Below, one piece after another: positions 59,301 to 64,000 of a stretch of 64,000 nt of DNA. The stretch is from Eledone cirrhosa. Its lineage: Eukaryota. Each line of letters starts with the position of its first letter. The first letter of the stretch is position 1. Location: positions 310,001 through 374,000 of the forward strand of contig CAXHJY010000001.1 of the NCBI GenBank assembly GCA_964016885.1, in the 5' to 3' direction. Position numbers and translations under genes: made by a program. Below the pieces are notes generated by a model that was not told the DNA's origin, did not search any database, and saw only the letters and a program-made list of their open reading frames with translations.

Positions 59301-62300
59301 GTAGACACAGAAACTGTAGACACACAGACACTGTAGACACACAGACACTGTAGACACACAGACATTGTAGACACACAGACATTGTAGACACACAGACATT
59401 GTAGACACACAGACACTGTAGACACACAGAAACTGTAGACACAGACATTTTAGACACACAGACACTGTAGACACACAGTCACTGTAGACACACAGACATT
59501 GTAGACACAGACACTGTAGACACACAGACACTGTAGACACACAGTCACTGTAGACACACAGACATTGTAGACACACAGACATTGTAGACACACAGACATT
59601 GTAGACACACAGACATTGTAGACACACAGACACTGTAGACACACAGACACTGTAGACACAGACACTGTAGACACACAGACACTGTAGACACAGACACTGT
59701 AGACACACAGACACTGTAGACACACAGACACTGTAGACACACAGACATTGTAGACACACAGAAATTGTAGACACACAGACATTGTAGACACACAGACATT
59801 GTAGACACACAGACATTGTAGACACAGACACTGTAGACACACAGACATTGTAGACACACAGACATTGTAGACACACAGACATTGTAGACACACAGACATT
59901 GTAGACACACAGACATTGTAGACACACAGACACTGTAAACACACAGACACTGTAGACACAGACACTGTAGACACACAGACATTGTAGACACAGGCACTGT
60001 AGACACACAGACACTGTAGACACACAGTCACTGTATACACAGTCATTTTAGACACAGAGACACTGTAGACACAGACATTGTAGACACACAGACATTGTAG
60101 ACACACATTGTAGACACACTGACACTGTAGACACACAGTCACTGTAGACACACAGACACTGTAGACACACAGACACTGTAGACACACAGACACTGTAGAC
60201 ACAGAAACTGTAGACACACAGACACTGTAGACACACAGACATTGTAGACACACAGAAATTGTAGACACACAGACACTGTAGACACACAGACAGTGTAGAC
60301 ACACAGACACTGTAGACACACAGACACTGTAGACACAGACACTGTAGACACAGAAACTGTAGACACACAGACACTGTAGACACACAGACATTGTAGACAC
60401 ACAGACACTGTAGACACACAGACACTGTAGACACACACACTGTAGACACACAAACACTGTAGACACACAGACACTGTAGACATACAGACACTGTAGACAC
60501 AGACATTGTAGACACACAGACACTGTAGACACAGACACTGTAGACACGGACACTGTTGACACAGACATTGTAGACACACAGACAATGTAGATACACAGAC
60601 ACTGTAGACACACAGACACTGTAGACACACAGACGTAGACACACAGACGCTGTAGACACACATACATTGTAGACACACAGACACTGTAGACACACAGACA
60701 CTGTAGACACACAAACACTGTAGACAGACAGACAGTGTAGACACACAGACACTGTAGACACATATTGTAGACACACAGACACTGTAGACACACAGTCACT
60801 GTAGACACACAGACACTGTAGACAGACACACGGACACTGTAGACACAGACACTGTAGACACACAGACATTGTAGACACAGACACTGTAGACACACAGACA
60901 TTGTAGACTCAGACACTGTAGACACAGACAATGTAGACACACAGACACTGTAGACTTAGACACTGTAGACACAGACACTGTAGACACACAGACACTGTAG
61001 ACTCAGGCATTGTAGGCACAGACACTGTAGACACACATACATTGTAGACTCAGACACTGTAGACACAGACACTGTAGACACAGGCATTGTAGACACACAC
61101 ACTGTAGACACAGACACACGGACACTGTAGACACACAGACATTGTAGACTCAGACACTGTAGACACAGACACTGTAGACACAGGCACTGTAGACACAGAC
61201 ACTGTAGACACAGACACTGTAGACACAGACACTCAGACACTGTAGACTCAGATACTGTAGACACAGGCATTGTAGACACACAGACATTGTAGACTCAGAC
61301 ACTGTAGACACAGACACTGTAGACACAGTAGACACAGACACTGTAGACACAGGCATTGTAGACACAGACACTGTAGACACACAGACACTATAGACACACA
61401 GACACTGTAGACACACAGACATTGTAGACACACAGACATTGTAGACACACAGACATTGTAGACACACAGACATTGATGACACACAGACACTGTAGACACA
61501 CAGACACTGTAGACACAGACACTGTAGACACACAGACACTGTAGACACAGACACTGTAGACACACAGACACTGTAGACACACAGACATTGTAGACACAGG
61601 CACAGTAGACACACAGTCACTGTATACACAGACATTTTAGACACACAGACACTGTAGACACAGACATTGTAGACACACAGACACTGTAGACACAGGCATT
61701 GTAGACACACAGACACTGTAGACACACAGACACTGTAGACACACAGACACTGTAGACACACACAGACATTGTAGACACACAGACATTGTAGACACAGACA
61801 CTGTAGACACACAGACATTGTAGACACACAGACACTGTAGACACACAGTCACTGTAGACACAGACATTTTAGACACACAGACACTGTAGACACACAGACA
61901 TTGTAGACACACAGACACTGTAGACACACAGACACTGTAGACACACAGAAACTGTAGACACAGACATTTTAGACACACAGACACTATAGACACACAGTCA
62001 CTGTAGACACACAGACATTGTAGACACAGACACTGTAGACACACAGACACTGTAGACACACAGTCACTGTAGACACACAGACATTGTAGACACACAGACA
62101 TTGTAGACACACAGACATTGTAGACACACAGACACTGTAGACACACAGACACTGTAGACACAGACACTGTAGACACACAGACACTGTAGACACAGACACT
62201 GTAGACACACAGACACTGTAGACACACAGACACTGTAGACACACAGACACTGTAGACACACAGACATTGTAGACACACAGACATTGTAGACACACAGACA

Positions 62301-64000
62301 TTGTAGACACACAGACATTGTAGACACACAGACATTGTAGACACACAGACATTGTAGACACACAGACATTGTAGACACACAGACACTGTAAACACACAGA
62401 CACTGTAGACACAGACACTGTAGACACACAGACATTGTAGACACAGGCACTGTAGACACACAGACACTGTAGACACAGTCATTTTAGACACAGAGACACT
62501 GTAGACACAGACATTGTAGACACACAGACACTGTAGACACAGACACTGTAGACACAGACATTGTAGACACACAGACATTGTAGACACACATTGTAGACAC
62601 ACAGACACTGTAGACACACAGTCACTGTAGACACACAGACACTGTAGACACACAGACACTGTAGACACAGACACTGTAGACACACAGACACTGTAGACAC
62701 ACAGACATTGTAGACACACAGTCACTGTATACACAGACATTTTAGACACACAGACACTGTAGACACAGACATTGTAGACACACAGACACTGTAGACACAG
62801 GCATTGTAGACACACAGACACTGTAGACACACAGACACTGTAGACACACAGACACTGTAGACACACACAGACATTGCAGACACACAGACATTGTAGACAC
62901 ACAGACACTGTAGACACACAGACATTGTAGACACACAGACACTGTAGACACACAGTCACTGTAGACACAGACATTTTAGACACACAGACACTGTAGACAC
63001 AGACATTGTAGACACACAGACACTATAGACACAGACATTGTAGACACACAGACACTGTAGACACACAGAAACTGTAGACACAGACATTTTAGACACACAG
63101 ACACTGTAGACACACAGTCACTGTAGACACACAGACATTGTAGACACAGACACTGTAGACACACAGACACTGTAGACACACAGTCACTGTAGACACACAG
63201 ACATTGTAGACACACAGACATTGTAGACACACAGACATTGTAGACACACATACATTGTAGACACACAGACACTGTAGACACACAGACACTGTAGACACAG
63301 ACACTGTAGACACACAGACACTGTAGACACAGACACTGTAGACACACAGACACTGTAGACACACAGACACTGTAGACACACAGACACTGTAGACACACAG
63401 ACACTGTAGACACACAGACATTGTAGACACACAGACATTGTAGACACACAGACATTGTAGACACACAGACATTGTAGACACAGACACTGTAGACACACAG
63501 ACACTGTAGACACACAGACATTGTAGACACACAGACATTGTAGACACACAGACATTGTAGACACACAGACACTGTAAACACACAGACACTGTAGACACAG
63601 ACACTGTAGACACACAGACATTGTAGACACAGGCACTGTAGACACACAGACACTGTAGACACACAGTCACTGTAGACACAGTCATTTTAGACACAGAGAC
63701 ACTGTAGACACAGACATTGTAGACACACAGACACTGTAGACACAGACACTGTAGACACAGACACTGTAGACACAGACATTGTAGACACACAGACATTGTA
63801 GACACACATTGTAGACACACAGACACTGTAGACACACAGTCACTGTAGACACACAGACACTGTAGACACACAGACACTGTAGACACACAGACACTGTAGA
63901 CACACAGACACTGTAGACACACAGACACTGTAGACACACAGATACTGTAGACACACAGACACTGTAGACACAGACACTGTAGACACACAGACATTGTAGA
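23378..64000. repeat. Satellite array, 17-bp GACACTGTAGACACACA and 15-bp GACACTGTAGACACA monomers with many point variants; roughly 2,500 copies, truncated by the window end
   Basis: Continuous tandem repetition with no non-repeat interruption seen. Copy number is estimated from length. Confidence 0.99.

Noticed and set aside
23207-63994. Many long Cys/Val/Ser-rich minus-strand ORFs as keratin-associated or metallothionein-like genes
   Set aside because: They are open in all three frames at once, monomer lengths of 15 and 17 shift frame freely, and there are no unique termini. They are satellite translation artefacts.

Overview
Eukaryotic (animal) genomic DNA. The SINE and LINE content looks like an octopod cephalopod, but this is inferred from recalled repeat families and not verified. 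About 85% of the window is two tandem arrays: a 38/35-bp satellite (1-13839, open at the window start) and a 17/15-bp CA-rich satellite (~23378-64000, open at the window end). Between them is a ~9.5-kb island with four phase-compatible GT-AG exons of a + strand multi-fasciclin (FAS1) domain gene (15519-15636, 16524-16668, 22322-22481, 23168-23294). Around and between these exons are five copies of a tRNA-derived SINE, two Dong/R4-type LINE fragments, a near full-length but disrupted RTE-like LINE, and smaller repeats. Highlights: (1) the 38-bp monomer continues in frame the coding sequence of the adjacent Dong/R4 LINE fragment and is bounded by a 10-bp microhomology, suggesting the satellite was born from a retrotransposon ORF; (2) the exons are internal coding exons, so the >40-kb satellite most likely lies inside an intron; (3) the RTE-like LINE has a C4HC3 PHD-type finger inserted inside its reverse transcriptase; (4) both satellites have multi-kb higher-order periods that change along the array. 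Nearly all Cys/Val-rich ORFs in the ORF track are satellite artefacts.
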